A stretch of DNA of 48,079 nt from a virus (taxonomy: Duplodnaviria > Caudoviricetes), in IMG/VR virus record IMGVR_UViG_3300044970_000959, positions 1 through 48,079 of that record; one strand, 5' to 3'. The notes beneath the pieces were generated by a model. The model did no database searches and was not told the origin of the DNA. It worked only from the letters and a program-made list of their open reading frames with translations. Position 1 is the first letter of the stretch. Every line of letters begins with the position of its first letter. Below are positions 28,005-36,419 of this stretch, in pieces. Made by a program: the position numbers and the translations under genes.

Positions 28005-28922
28005 CTACCGGGGCTTCCTGGGCGGCACTTCCTCGTCCTTGGGCGGCCCGTTGAGGTCGAGCGGCGGCAGGTAGTCGAGCCCGCGTGCCGTCTCCGTGAT
28101 CCTTGGGTCAAGGTAGTGTCCCCGAGTCATCGCCGGATCCGCGTGCCCGAGGTGGGCCGTGGCGTCACCTCCTCCAGCAGCGACGTACGACGCGCTCGCC
28201 TTCCGGATCGCATGGAACGCCCTGGATGGCACGCCAGCCGTTTTGCAGAGCAGCCGCATCGAAGCATAGTGAGACAGCGGATGCCCTGTCCTGGGCCACA
28301 CCAGAGCGTCTGGCGGGCCTCTGTGCTCATCCAGTTCGGCAGCCAGTTCGGCGGTGATCGGCGACACCAGATCCCGCTCGCGGCCCTTGCGTGTCTCGGC
28401 AAGGAAGAGCAGCCTATGGCTGGCCGTATCGACTTCACGCCACCGGAGATTCAGCAGGGCGCCGATTCGCTCGCCGGTCTGCCATGCGGATTGCAGCAGG
28501 GTGCTCCACCACCAGGCTGACGGCAGGCCAGACATCATCGTGCGGCGTTGCCGTGCAGCCTTCACTAGCCTGCTCATTTCATCGACGGTGTACGCCGTCG
28601 GCGCCCGCTTCACCCGCTTCTGGCGTGGCAGGCCCGGCCATTCGCCAGGGTGGAGCTTCTTCCGGCAGGCCCAGTTCCAGATGGCGAGCAGTTGGCTGCG
28701 GTCTTTGGCGACCGTGTGCGGGCTGACCACGCGCCCTCGGCAGGGGTTCGCGGCCCGCCACCGTAAGAACTTCGACACCGCCACGTCCTCGAGGTCCGCG
28801 ACCATGGGCTCGCGCCCCAGGAACTCCTGAAACTTGTCGATGGTGTGGCCGTATAGCGACACCGACCGATCCGACAGATTCATCAGCAGGGCGTACCTGT
28901 CCAGCAGTTCCCGTAGCGTCAT
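28005..28922 (-). CDS. int: Tyrosine integrase/recombinase
   Basis: Catalytic R (TGERIG), K (TRKG), HxxR (FHAIRK), H (HLGH), Y (TRGHY). Confidence 0.92.
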   Translation of the reverse strand: MTLRELLDRYALLMNLSDRSVSLYGHTIDKFQEFLGREPMVADLEDVAVSKFLRWRAANPCRGRVVSPHTVAKDRSQLLAIWNWACRKKLHPGEWPGLPRQKRVKRAPTAYTVDEMSRLVKAARQRRTMMSGLPSAWWWSTLLQSAWQTGERIGALLNLRWREVDTASHRLLFLAETRKGRERDLVSPITAELAAELDEHRGPPDALVWPRTGHPLSHYASMRLLCKTAGVPSRAFHAIRKASASYVAAGGGDATAHLGHADPAMTRGHYLDPRITETARGLDYLPPLDLNGPPKDEEVPPRKPR

Positions 28923-28945
28923 CTCGCACCCCCTTTTTTCTGCCC

Positions 28946-28973
28946 ATGATAGCAGGAGTGTACAAGTGTTCAA
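28946..28973 (-). promoter_or_regulatory. Integrase promoter TTGAAC-N16-TATCAT overlapped by LexA-like box
   Basis: Hexamers on the minus strand; TGTAC-aagt-GTTCA at 28959-28972. Confidence 0.6.
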
Positions 28974-29052
28974 CGGAGCCCTCTCCGTTCAAACTACCCC
29001 CTGCGGTCGATCCTACGAAGGGTCGGCCGGCCGGGGCAAGCGGCTGGCTTAT

Positions 29053-29080
29053 TTGACCTCCGTTCCGCAATCGGTACTAT
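29053..29080 (+). promoter_or_regulatory. Promoter TTGACC-N16-TACTAT (probably leaderless transcript)
   Basis: -10 ends 7 nt before ATG 29088; spacer holds TTCCGCAATCGG. Confidence 0.7.
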
Positions 29081-29087
29081 TTGGGGC

Positions 29088-29327
29088 ATGATCGCGTTCA
29101 TGAAAGACGACGCCGGGCGAAAACTCCTGTCCTGCCACGATGCCGCCGAACTCTACGGCTGCTCGATGAGGTACATGCGCCGGCTCGCCAAAGACGGAAA
29201 AGTGGGCTCCGAAACCGTTGGCGGGGCGTATTTCGTGTCCGAAGCCGACGTCAAACGGCTCAAGGCCGAGGTTGCCAAGGGCACCGGACGGCACAAACCG
29301 AAGGACCGGAAGTTCAGCCAAGGCTGA
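29088..29327 (+). CDS. HTH_17/MerR-like DNA-binding protein, candidate repressor
   Basis: LLSCHDAAELYGCSMRYMRRLAKDGKV..VGGAYFV. Confidence 0.8.
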   Translation: MIAFMKDDAGRKLLSCHDAAELYGCSMRYMRRLAKDGKVGSETVGGAYFVSEADVKRLKAEVAKGTGRHKPKDRKFSQG

Positions 29328-29381
29328 CAACCGCGTTTTTCCCGGGGGAAACAGGCCAGAAAAAAATCTTTTCAAGCCCCC

Positions 29382-29409
29382 TTGCCATTGGTTCCGATAT
29401 CGGTATCAT
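29382..29409 (+). promoter_or_regulatory. Rightward promoter TTGCCA-N16-TATCAT
   Basis: Spacer holds palindrome CCGATATCGG. Confidence 0.7.
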
Positions 29410-29460
29410 TGGGGCACGCGAGCAAATGAGACTCGCGGGCAACGAACCGGAGACGAAACG

Positions 29461-29952
29461 ATGAAGCGAGTTCACGAAAACCCGAAGAGTGCAGCCAAGG
29501 CCATCCGCAGCGAACTGAAGGCCAAGTTCCCCGGCGTCAAGTTCTCCGTCCGTTCTGACGCTGGTCGCGGCTCGAGCATCGACATCGGCTGGACTGACGG
29601 CCCGACCGCCGAGCAGGTTGCGGCTATCACCGGCAAGTATTCGCTGGGCCACTTTGACGGCATGACCGACTGCTACAGCTACGACCCGACGCACGTGGTG
29701 GCCGAGGATGGCGAAATCATGGAGCTCGGTGGTGCTTCGTACATCTTCAACAATCGGCGGTTCTCTGACGAAGCCCGTGCCTCGTGCGTTGCAGCCTGCG
29801 AAGCCTACTGGGCCGATTGGGCCGGGCTCGCCGACTACCAGCGAGACGAGAGGATCTACCGGATTCTCTACAAGTCTGACCTGCGTGGAGTAGCTGCCGC
29901 TCGGCTGCAATACGCCGACAATGCCGGCGAGTCAGTGATGGTTTCCGCCTGA
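29461..29952 (+). CDS. LPD29-like domain protein
   Basis: AAKAIRSELKAKFPGVKFSVRS..SIDIGWTDGPT...FDGMTD. Confidence 0.8.
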   Translation: MKRVHENPKSAAKAIRSELKAKFPGVKFSVRSDAGRGSSIDIGWTDGPTAEQVAAITGKYSLGHFDGMTDCYSYDPTHVVAEDGEIMELGGASYIFNNRRFSDEARASCVAACEAYWADWAGLADYQRDERIYRILYKSDLRGVAAARLQYADNAGESVMVSA

Positions 29953-30031
29953 CTTCAGAACACAAGGTGGGGCCACCCGGCCTGCCGCAAGCTGCGAAAC
30001 GGGTGGCAATCGCACAACGAAAGGAATCGCC

Positions 30032-30268
30032 ATGATCCACGACACGCTCCGCGCCCTGCTCATCATTGCCGTGCTTGCCGCCGGCAGTTCGCTCCTGGTC
30101 GAGACGCGGCAACGCCTCGCGGCGGTCGAGCTCGCAGCCAGGATGGCGACGCAGCCGCAGCCCATGCACGCATACCAGCCGATTCCGCATCCGCAGCCGG
30201 GCCGCCTGCAGCAGTTCGGCCGGGCCACGCTCAATCTGGCTGACGCTGCCTTGGGCGTAATTCGCTGA
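30032..30268 (+). CDS. Small membrane protein
   Basis: AAAGGA RBS; N-terminal TM helix. Confidence 0.6.
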   Translation: MIHDTLRALLIIAVLAAGSSLLVETRQRLAAVELAARMATQPQPMHAYQPIPHPQPGRLQQFGRATLNLADAALGVIR

Positions 30269-30274
30269 CTCCGT

Positions 30275-30401
30275 TTGACATTGGTTCCGATTCGGGTACA
30301 ACGCCCACAAATGATTCCGAAACCGGCACACGTGTACGGATTTTCAATCCCCTCATTTTGTTGCCCTGCCCCCTTGACCGTTGCCTGAACAGGGGTACAT
30401 T
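30275..30401 (+). promoter_or_regulatory. Tandem promoters TTGACA-N16-TACAAC (30275-30302) and TTGACC-N16-TACATT (30374-30401) with operators and LexA-like boxes
   Basis: Hexamer pairs; TTCCG motifs at 30285 and 30315; TGTAC/TGAAC boxes at 30333 and 30386. Confidence 0.65.
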
Positions 30402-30425
30402 GCCCCGCCACGCAGGAGAAAAGTG

Positions 30426-30638
30426 ATGCCGATTGTGAAAGACGTTGCGAAGCAGTTGGCTCGCATGCAGAGCGGCGAATGTCGCTGGGTTCTCCGCGAT
30501 GACGTGCACGTCTACTGCCACGCCCCGCGAGGCCACGAGCCGACGTATTGCGTTGTCTGCCCGACTGCCGGGCTGGACTACGGGAACTGGGCTTCGGCAA
30601 TGGATGCCGCTGCCGCCGTTGTTGGATGCCTCAACTGA
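30426..30638 (+). CDS. Hypothetical protein, paralogue of 27321-27596
   Basis: GECRWVLRDDVHVYCHAP..YCVVCPTAGLDY. Confidence 0.75.
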   Translation: MPIVKDVAKQLARMQSGECRWVLRDDVHVYCHAPRGHEPTYCVVCPTAGLDYGNWASAMDAAAAVVGCLN

Positions 30639-30652
30639 AAGGAAATCGACGC

Positions 30653-30922
30653 ATGAACGACCCGCACGACCGTGAATACGCCGCCGCCGTCGCCTACATG
30701 GGCGACCACACCTGCTCGAGCGGCACGACCCGCTACCGCGACGGCAAGCTCGTCACGACCTACGCCGTGGGCGACCGCATCTTCTTCATCGAGAAGGGCC
30801 AGACGCTCGCGGGCGTCGTGGTCGAGGTGCTGACCGAGGACACCTACCACGTGCGGCGTCACGTGCCCGACCACGGGAACCTGCACTACGCGGTGCACGC
30901 CGACCAGATCACGCCGTACTGA
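30653..30922 (+). CDS. Hypothetical SH3/KOW-like protein
   Basis: YAVGDRI...GVVVEV; AAAGGA RBS. Confidence 0.6.
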   Translation: MNDPHDREYAAAVAYMGDHTCSSGTTRYRDGKLVTTYAVGDRIFFIEKGQTLAGVVVEVLTEDTYHVRRHVPDHGNLHYAVHADQITPY

Positions 30923-30929
30923 CCGAACG

Positions 30930-31060
30930 ACGGAAGGACCGCCGCCTGGTGGAACCAGACGGTGGAAGGAGCCCGGTGGAACCGGGGCAGCAAGGACGCA
31001 CGAACCACCCGCTGAGCAGGACGCAAGGCGGGATTTTCACACCACGCAGGAAGGACGCGA
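30930..31060 (+). ncRNA. GGA-hairpin-rich leader/sRNA (CsrA-binding-like)
   Basis: 11 GGA trinucleotides, several in hairpin loops. Confidence 0.5.
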
Positions 31061-31063
31061 GAG

Positions 31064-31924
31064 ATGACCACAGAAATCAGCACGCAGCGGGCCGGCGGAC
31101 TGGCCCTTCAATCATTCGATGATGCTTTCCGCTTCTCCAAGATGGTCGCGGCCAGCGAGTTCGCCCCAAAGGATTTCAGGGGCAAGCCTGAGTCGTGCAT
31201 GTTGGCGATCCAGCACGGCAGCGAAGTCGGGCTGTCGCCGATGCAATCGCTGCAGAGCATCGCCGTAATCAACGGCAGGCCGACCATCTGGGGCGACGCG
31301 GCTCTTGCCCTGGTGCAGAGCAGCCCGGTGTGCGAGTACGTCCGCGAGTACACCGAGGGCGAAGGCGACGCCCTGGTCGCGGTGTGCGAGGCCAAGCGAA
31401 GGGGCTATCCGGCTCCGACCGTCGTGCGATTCTCGGTGGCCGACGCCAAGAAGGCGGGGCTGTGGGGCAAGAGCGGCCCTTGGCAGCAATATCCCGCCCG
31501 CATGATGACCCTGCGTGCCCGTGGCTTCGCCCTGCGTAACGCGTTCGCAGACGCTCTGCGTGGGCTTATCACGGCCGAGGAGGCCCAGGACTACCCGCAA
31601 CAGGCCACGGCTCCCGAGCCCGTCCGCGAGCCCGTGGTGGTGCGTTCGAAGTTCGACGCCCCGGCACCGGCTCCAGCCACGAAGGCCACCGAGGAGGACA
31701 TGCAGCGGTCGCGGCTCGCCGTGAATCGCACGAACGACCTGGCGGTTCTTCACGGGATGCGGTCGAAGGTTGAGGAGCGTCTGAAGTCTCGCCACTACAC
31801 GCCGGCCCAGGCCGACGAACTGCTCGACCTAATCACTGGCAAGATCGAGTTCCTGACAGTGGAGCCCGAGGACAGCGGCACGGACTTCGCCCACGAGGCC
31901 GCCGAGCACGAGGTGCAGGCATGA
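31064..31924 (+). CDS. RecT-like single-strand annealing protein
   Basis: GSEVGLSPMQSLQSIAVINGRP, GPWQQYPARM, ALRNAFAD..GLITAEE. Confidence 0.85.
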   Translation: MTTEISTQRAGGLALQSFDDAFRFSKMVAASEFAPKDFRGKPESCMLAIQHGSEVGLSPMQSLQSIAVINGRPTIWGDAALALVQSSPVCEYVREYTEGEGDALVAVCEAKRRGYPAPTVVRFSVADAKKAGLWGKSGPWQQYPARMMTLRARGFALRNAFADALRGLITAEEAQDYPQQATAPEPVREPVVVRSKFDAPAPAPATKATEEDMQRSRLAVNRTNDLAVLHGMRSKVEERLKSRHYTPAQADELLDLITGKIEFLTVEPEDSGTDFAHEAAEHEVQA

Positions 31925-32166
31925 CTTGGGTAATCAAGACCGGCCCTAACGGGGCTATCGGAGTCGCTTCGGCAATCGACCTGGTGGTTGGCCGGCTGGC
32001 CTACATGCAGCGAGAGCCGCACGCGAACCGCGAGCGTCTGATCGCCGAGGCCCTCGACTACGCCAGGCACGTGCAGCGGTGGGTGACGGCGAACGAGCCG
32101 CCACCGTCCCCACGGGTGCCGGATCGCGATCGCCACGGAAAGCCGGGGCCAATGTCGGACGGATGA
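31921..32166 (+). CDS. Hypothetical protein
   Basis: ATGA-coupled ORF. Confidence 0.55.
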   Translation: MTWVIKTGPNGAIGVASAIDLVVGRLAYMQREPHANRERLIAEALDYARHVQRWVTANEPPPSPRVPDRDRHGKPGPMSDG

Positions 32167-32330
32167 CTGACGGCGGCACGCCATTGCCGTAGCGGCTTCG
32201 CATCGTGAGCCGCAGTGGCCGTTACGCGGGAGTATCGAACAGACCACCGCTGCAACACCAAGCGAAGCCCGCGAGCGACGCGGTGTTTGAGGTGTGGCAG
32301 CCCAGAGTTTCGCACTGAAGGGGAGAAGAA

Positions 32331-33713
32331 ATGATTGCAGTATCTGGCCGATATGCGGCGTTCCTTGAATCGAAGCAGCAACTCGACGGCGACCACGGGT
32401 TCACGCCAGAGTTCCTGCCTGGCTGGCTCTTCGACTACCAGCGGCACCTCATTGAGTGGGCTTGCCGCAAGGGTCGCTCGGCGATCTTCGCCGACTGCGG
32501 CATGGGTAAGACGCCAATGCAGTTGGTGTGGGCTGAGAACATCCGCCAGCAAACAGGCAAGCCGGTGCTGATCGCGACCCCTCTCGCTGTCAGTTACCAA
32601 ACAGTCGAAGAGGCGAAGCGGTTCGGTATCGACGCGGTGCGGTCGAGTGGCGGCAAGCCGGAAGCCGGCATCGTGGTCACGAACTACGAACGGCTGCACA
32701 ACTTCGCCCAGGGCGATTACGGCGGCATGGTCTGCGACGAGTCGAGCATCCTCAAGAACTTCGACGGCTCAACAAAGGCTCTCGTCACCGAGTTCATGCG
32801 TCTGATTCCGTATCGGCTGCTGTGCACTGCAACGGCCGCCCCAAACGACTACCACGAACTTGGTACGTCCAGCGAAGCCTTGGGCTATCTCGGCTATCAA
32901 GACATGCTCTCGCGGTTTTTCAAAGAGGATGTCATCAAGGACTACCTCGGCTGGGGCCGCAAAAGCTATCGCTTTCGCGGGCACGCCGAGGAACCATTCT
33001 GGCGGTGGGTTTGCTCGTGGGCGAGGGCGTGCCGCAAGCCGAGCGACCTCGGATTCGATGACGGAAAACTCGTCTTGCCGCCGCTCCGCGAACACGAGCA
33101 CGTCGTGCATAGCAGCAAGACGCGGGCCGGGATGCTTTTCTCACTGCCGGCCGACACCCTGCAAGAGCAGCGCGAAGAGCGGCGAATCACGCTCGAGGAC
33201 CGCTGCGAGGCGGCGGCTGGACTCGTGGCATCACACGCCGGTTCGTCCGTTGTGTGGTGCCATCTAAATGACGAAGCGGACCTACTGGAGAGGGTCATTC
33301 CAGACTGCCGTCAAGTAAGCGGGTCGCAGAGCGAAGACGAGAAAGAGGAGCTCTTGCTTGCGTTTCAGTCTGGACAACTAAAGCGGCTGGTTACCAAGCC
33401 GAAGATCGGTTGTTTCGGATTGAACTGGCAACACTGCCACAACGTCGTGACGTTCGCCTCCCACTCATGGGAGCAGTACTACCAGGCCGTGCGGCGGTGC
33501 TGGCGATTCGGTCAGACGCAGCCCGTAGATGTGCATGTCATTGCCACTGAGGGCGAAGTAGGTGTGCTCGCGAATCTGCGACGCAAGGCCAACGCCGCCG
33601 ACCGCATGTTTGAGTCACTTGTTCGGCACATGGGTAATGCCATGGCCGTTGATCATCGAAGGACGTTCCCCCACAACGAAAGGATTCCGTCATGGCTGTC
33701 AGCGACCAAGTAA
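32331..33713 (+). CDS. SNF2-like superfamily 2 helicase
   Basis: DCGMGKT, DESS, TATAAPND, GLNWQ, QAVRRCWRFGQ. Confidence 0.9.
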   Translation: MIAVSGRYAAFLESKQQLDGDHGFTPEFLPGWLFDYQRHLIEWACRKGRSAIFADCGMGKTPMQLVWAENIRQQTGKPVLIATPLAVSYQTVEEAKRFGIDAVRSSGGKPEAGIVVTNYERLHNFAQGDYGGMVCDESSILKNFDGSTKALVTEFMRLIPYRLLCTATAAPNDYHELGTSSEALGYLGYQDMLSRFFKEDVIKDYLGWGRKSYRFRGHAEEPFWRWVCSWARACRKPSDLGFDDGKLVLPPLREHEHVVHSSKTRAGMLFSLPADTLQEQREERRITLEDRCEAAAGLVASHAGSSVVWCHLNDEADLLERVIPDCRQVSGSQSEDEKEELLLAFQSGQLKRLVTKPKIGCFGLNWQHCHNVVTFASHSWEQYYQAVRRCWRFGQTQPVDVHVIATEGEVGVLANLRRKANAADRMFESLVRHMGNAMAVDHRRTFPHNERIPSWLSATK

Positions 33714-34675
33714 TCACAAACGAGTACGCGATTTACAACGGCGACTGCTGCGAGGTTCTCCAGAGCATCCCAGACGAGTCGGTACACCTCTCGATCTACT
33801 CGCCGCCGTTCGCGGCGGATGGGGCTGGGTGCCTGTACCACTACTCCAGTTCAGAGCGTGACTTGTCAAACTGCCGCAGTCACCAGGAGTTCTTCGACCA
33901 CTATGCCTTCGTGGTGGGCGAGATCCACCGGGTGACGATGCCTGGCCGGCTGTCTGCCGTGCATTGCATGGACATTCCCAGGAAGACGTCGCCTGGAGGG
34001 CTGGTCGATTTCCCGGGCGAGATCATCCGACTGCACGAGTCGCTCGGCTGGCGGTTCTGGTGCCGGCACTTTATCTGGAAGGAGCCGCTCGGCGTCCGCA
34101 ATCGCACGATGGCGAAGGGGCTGGCTCACAAGCAGGTCGTGACTGACGCGAGCCTGTGCGACGTTGCCTCGGCGGATTGCCTGCTGCTTTTCCGCAAGGA
34201 CGGCGACAACCCGGTTCCTGTTGCGAACCCGAACGGACTTCTGGAGTACGCGGGTGAGCGTGAGGTTCCCGCTGAGTTGCTCACGTATCGCGGGCACAAG
34301 GGCAAGCAGATCGAAAACCGCTACTCGCACTGGATATGGCGGCAGTATGCGTCGGCTTTCTGGGACGACATCCGCCTTGAGAGAACGCTGCCGTATAAGC
34401 AGGCTCGCGAGGATGACGACGAGCGGCACATGCACCCGCTGCAGCTTGACGTCATTGAGCGAATCGTCCATCTGCGGAGCCTGCCCGGCGAGACGGTGCT
34501 CACGCCGTTCATGGGCGTCGGCAGCGAGGCTTACGGTGCCGTGCTCAACGGACGCAAGGCAATCGGCGTCGAGCTCAAGCCCGCTTACTACCGGCAGGCT
34601 GTGAAGAACTTGGAGGAAGCAGCCAAGGGACGGAAGGCCGAGGCCACCCTCTTCGACGCGGAGGCCGTGGCATGA
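33692..34675 (+). CDS. DNA methyltransferase (N4C/N6A, beta class)
   Basis: GDC, YSPPF, HMHPL, TPFMGVGS, GVEL. Confidence 0.9.
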   Translation: MAVSDQVITNEYAIYNGDCCEVLQSIPDESVHLSIYSPPFAADGAGCLYHYSSSERDLSNCRSHQEFFDHYAFVVGEIHRVTMPGRLSAVHCMDIPRKTSPGGLVDFPGEIIRLHESLGWRFWCRHFIWKEPLGVRNRTMAKGLAHKQVVTDASLCDVASADCLLLFRKDGDNPVPVANPNGLLEYAGEREVPAELLTYRGHKGKQIENRYSHWIWRQYASAFWDDIRLERTLPYKQAREDDDERHMHPLQLDVIERIVHLRSLPGETVLTPFMGVGSEAYGAVLNGRKAIGVELKPAYYRQAVKNLEEAAKGRKAEATLFDAEAVA

Positions 34676-34869
34676 GCGAGGGAGCCTACTACTTCCAAGA
34701 GCAGCGGCCCGAGCCGGCGGACTTGCTCGCCGTTCCGCCCTTCGAGGTCGGAGTCGAGTACCAGCCGGCTTGTGGAACAGGGGCGTTCCTGGTTGACGCG
34801 ACGACGAATGTTTCTAGCACAGCGTCGCGTGACGCTGGCGTGCATGGTTGTAACAGCGAAGGAGAATGA
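34672..34869 (+). CDS. Hypothetical protein (possibly a remnant)
   Basis: ATGA overlaps at both ends. Confidence 0.45.
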   Translation: MSEGAYYFQEQRPEPADLLAVPPFEVGVEYQPACGTGAFLVDATTNVSSTASRDAGVHGCNSEGE

Positions 34870-35744
34870 CAATGGGCTACGAACTAGTTGGACCGCCGAA
34901 AACTTTCCGCGTAACTCGCAAGCTTGCCGAGGATTTTCGCGACATGACGCCGGCACCAAATGACCGTGTTCTTAAGCCGGTTCGTCTGGAAGCGTACAGG
35001 AAAGCTGTCTCTCTTGGGCTGTTTCGCCCTGTGCAGTGGGGCTCTGCTTTGTGCCTTGCTGACGGAGTTACTTACCGTGTCAACGGCAAACATACGAGCA
35101 CGGTGTTTGCTGAGCAGGCCGATCCGATGCCTGAACTTTGGGCTCAGGTAGAGCACTTCCGATGTGCAACGCTTGAGGATGTTGCACGGCTCTATGCAAC
35201 GTATGACGACACGATGACGACAAGGACGGCATCGGACATCAACCGAATGTTTGCGGCCACAGACTCCGACCTTTCTGCCATTCGGAGCAAGGTTCTAAAT
35301 CTGGCTGTTACTGGCATTGGATTCCATCAGTACCGAGAGCAGTACTGCAAGATTCGGCCAGTTGATCGTGCCGAGGCATTGCTAGTCAATCGCGAGTTTG
35401 TTTGCTGGCTTGATGGCATTTTGTCTGGTGGCGACTCGTGGCACCTTAAGCGTGGGCCTGTTGTCGGAGCCATGTTTGGGTCGTGGATGAAGTCTCGGAA
35501 GGCTGCCACTGAGTTCTGGTCGATGGTCCGCGACAACGAAGGCCCAGAGCAGTCGCGGAAACTTTGCGTCTATTTGAATCGCAGCCACATCTCAATCTCG
35601 TCTGGCGTTAACAAGCCATCCCGAGATCGAACTACGTTCGGCAGCATGTTCGACAACTGCGTCAGTGCGTGGTCGGCATGGCGAAAGGGTGTCGCGTACC
35701 AGGCGAGCAATCGTCGCAGGAAGCAAGTGCCATCGTTTGCATAG
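34866..35744 (+). CDS. ParB/DGQHR-like domain protein
   Basis: PNDRVL...RVNGKHT...YD motif order; AAGGAG RBS. Confidence 0.55.
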   Translation: MTMGYELVGPPKTFRVTRKLAEDFRDMTPAPNDRVLKPVRLEAYRKAVSLGLFRPVQWGSALCLADGVTYRVNGKHTSTVFAEQADPMPELWAQVEHFRCATLEDVARLYATYDDTMTTRTASDINRMFAATDSDLSAIRSKVLNLAVTGIGFHQYREQYCKIRPVDRAEALLVNREFVCWLDGILSGGDSWHLKRGPVVGAMFGSWMKSRKAATEFWSMVRDNEGPEQSRKLCVYLNRSHISISSGVNKPSRDRTTFGSMFDNCVSAWSAWRKGVAYQASNRRRKQVPSFA

Positions 35745-35813
35745 CGAAAGCCGCCCTCGTGATAGGCACGATGCCGCTTCGACGCGGCGGGGCGGAATGG
35801 AAAGGAATCCAAC

Positions 35814-36419
35814 ATGAGCGACTATTGGCCCGAGCAGCGTTTCGACACCTTTGACCTGCCGCTCTTTTCTGCAGCGTCGGCAGTGAAGCAAGCAAGGACG
35901 TTTCACGAAAGAGACGAGGCGCAGGCGTCTGTCCTTGCAAACCTGCGCACAGGCGAAGCCTTGACCAAGAGGGCATATGAGTCCCGCGTAGCAAACGGCA
36001 GCCGGCTGGCTCCTGTCATTGAGCAGCTTCGCAACGCTCACGGGTTCAAGATTGACGGCGACGGGAGCATTGACGCTCCGTACATCCTGGTTGACGCTAG
36101 GCAAAAGCCCACACTTGTCCGCGTCACTCCAGAGATGAAGGCGGCGTATTACATGACGCCGCACTGGAACAAAGTTCGCATGGAACGCCGGGCTCGCGAC
36201 ATGAGCCAATGCGTACTGTGCAGCCTGGCCAGCGATCTGCAGTGCCACCACGTCTCATACGCCAAGTTGTTCGCCGAGCCGCTTGAAGACCTGTTGACGC
36301 TTTGCGGCCGGTGTCATGACCGCGTGCACGAAAACTGCCGCCTGAAGTTCCCGAGCGGGATCGCTGTCCAGTACGCATCCCATCTTGGGTGGAAAGGATT
36401 CGAGCCGTGGCTGATGTGA
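35814..36419 (+). CDS. HNH endonuclease with N-terminal winged-helix-like region
   Basis: RDMSQCVLC..LQCHHVSY...LTLCGRCHDRVH. Confidence 0.8.
   Translation: MSDYWPEQRFDTFDLPLFSAASAVKQARTFHERDEAQASVLANLRTGEALTKRAYESRVANGSRLAPVIEQLRNAHGFKIDGDGSIDAPYILVDARQKPTLVRVTPEMKAAYYMTPHWNKVRMERRARDMSQCVLCSLASDLQCHHVSYAKLFAEPLEDLLTLCGRCHDRVHENCRLKFPSGIAVQYASHLGWKGFEPWLM

Noticed and set aside
28005-28922. Phage integrase as the integron integrase for the attC-like sites
   Set aside because: The segment between the catalytic K and HxxR is short, with no IntI-specific insertion, and the gene is about 12 kb from the array
29972-30007. Hammerhead ribozyme (GAAAC present)
   Set aside because: No CUGANGA core
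30930-31060. CRISPR array
   Set aside because: Repeats are short and irregular with no spacer periodicity; no cas genes
35751-35795. tRNA gene
   Set aside because: Too short, no anticodon arm or CCA; no full tRNA seen in the window
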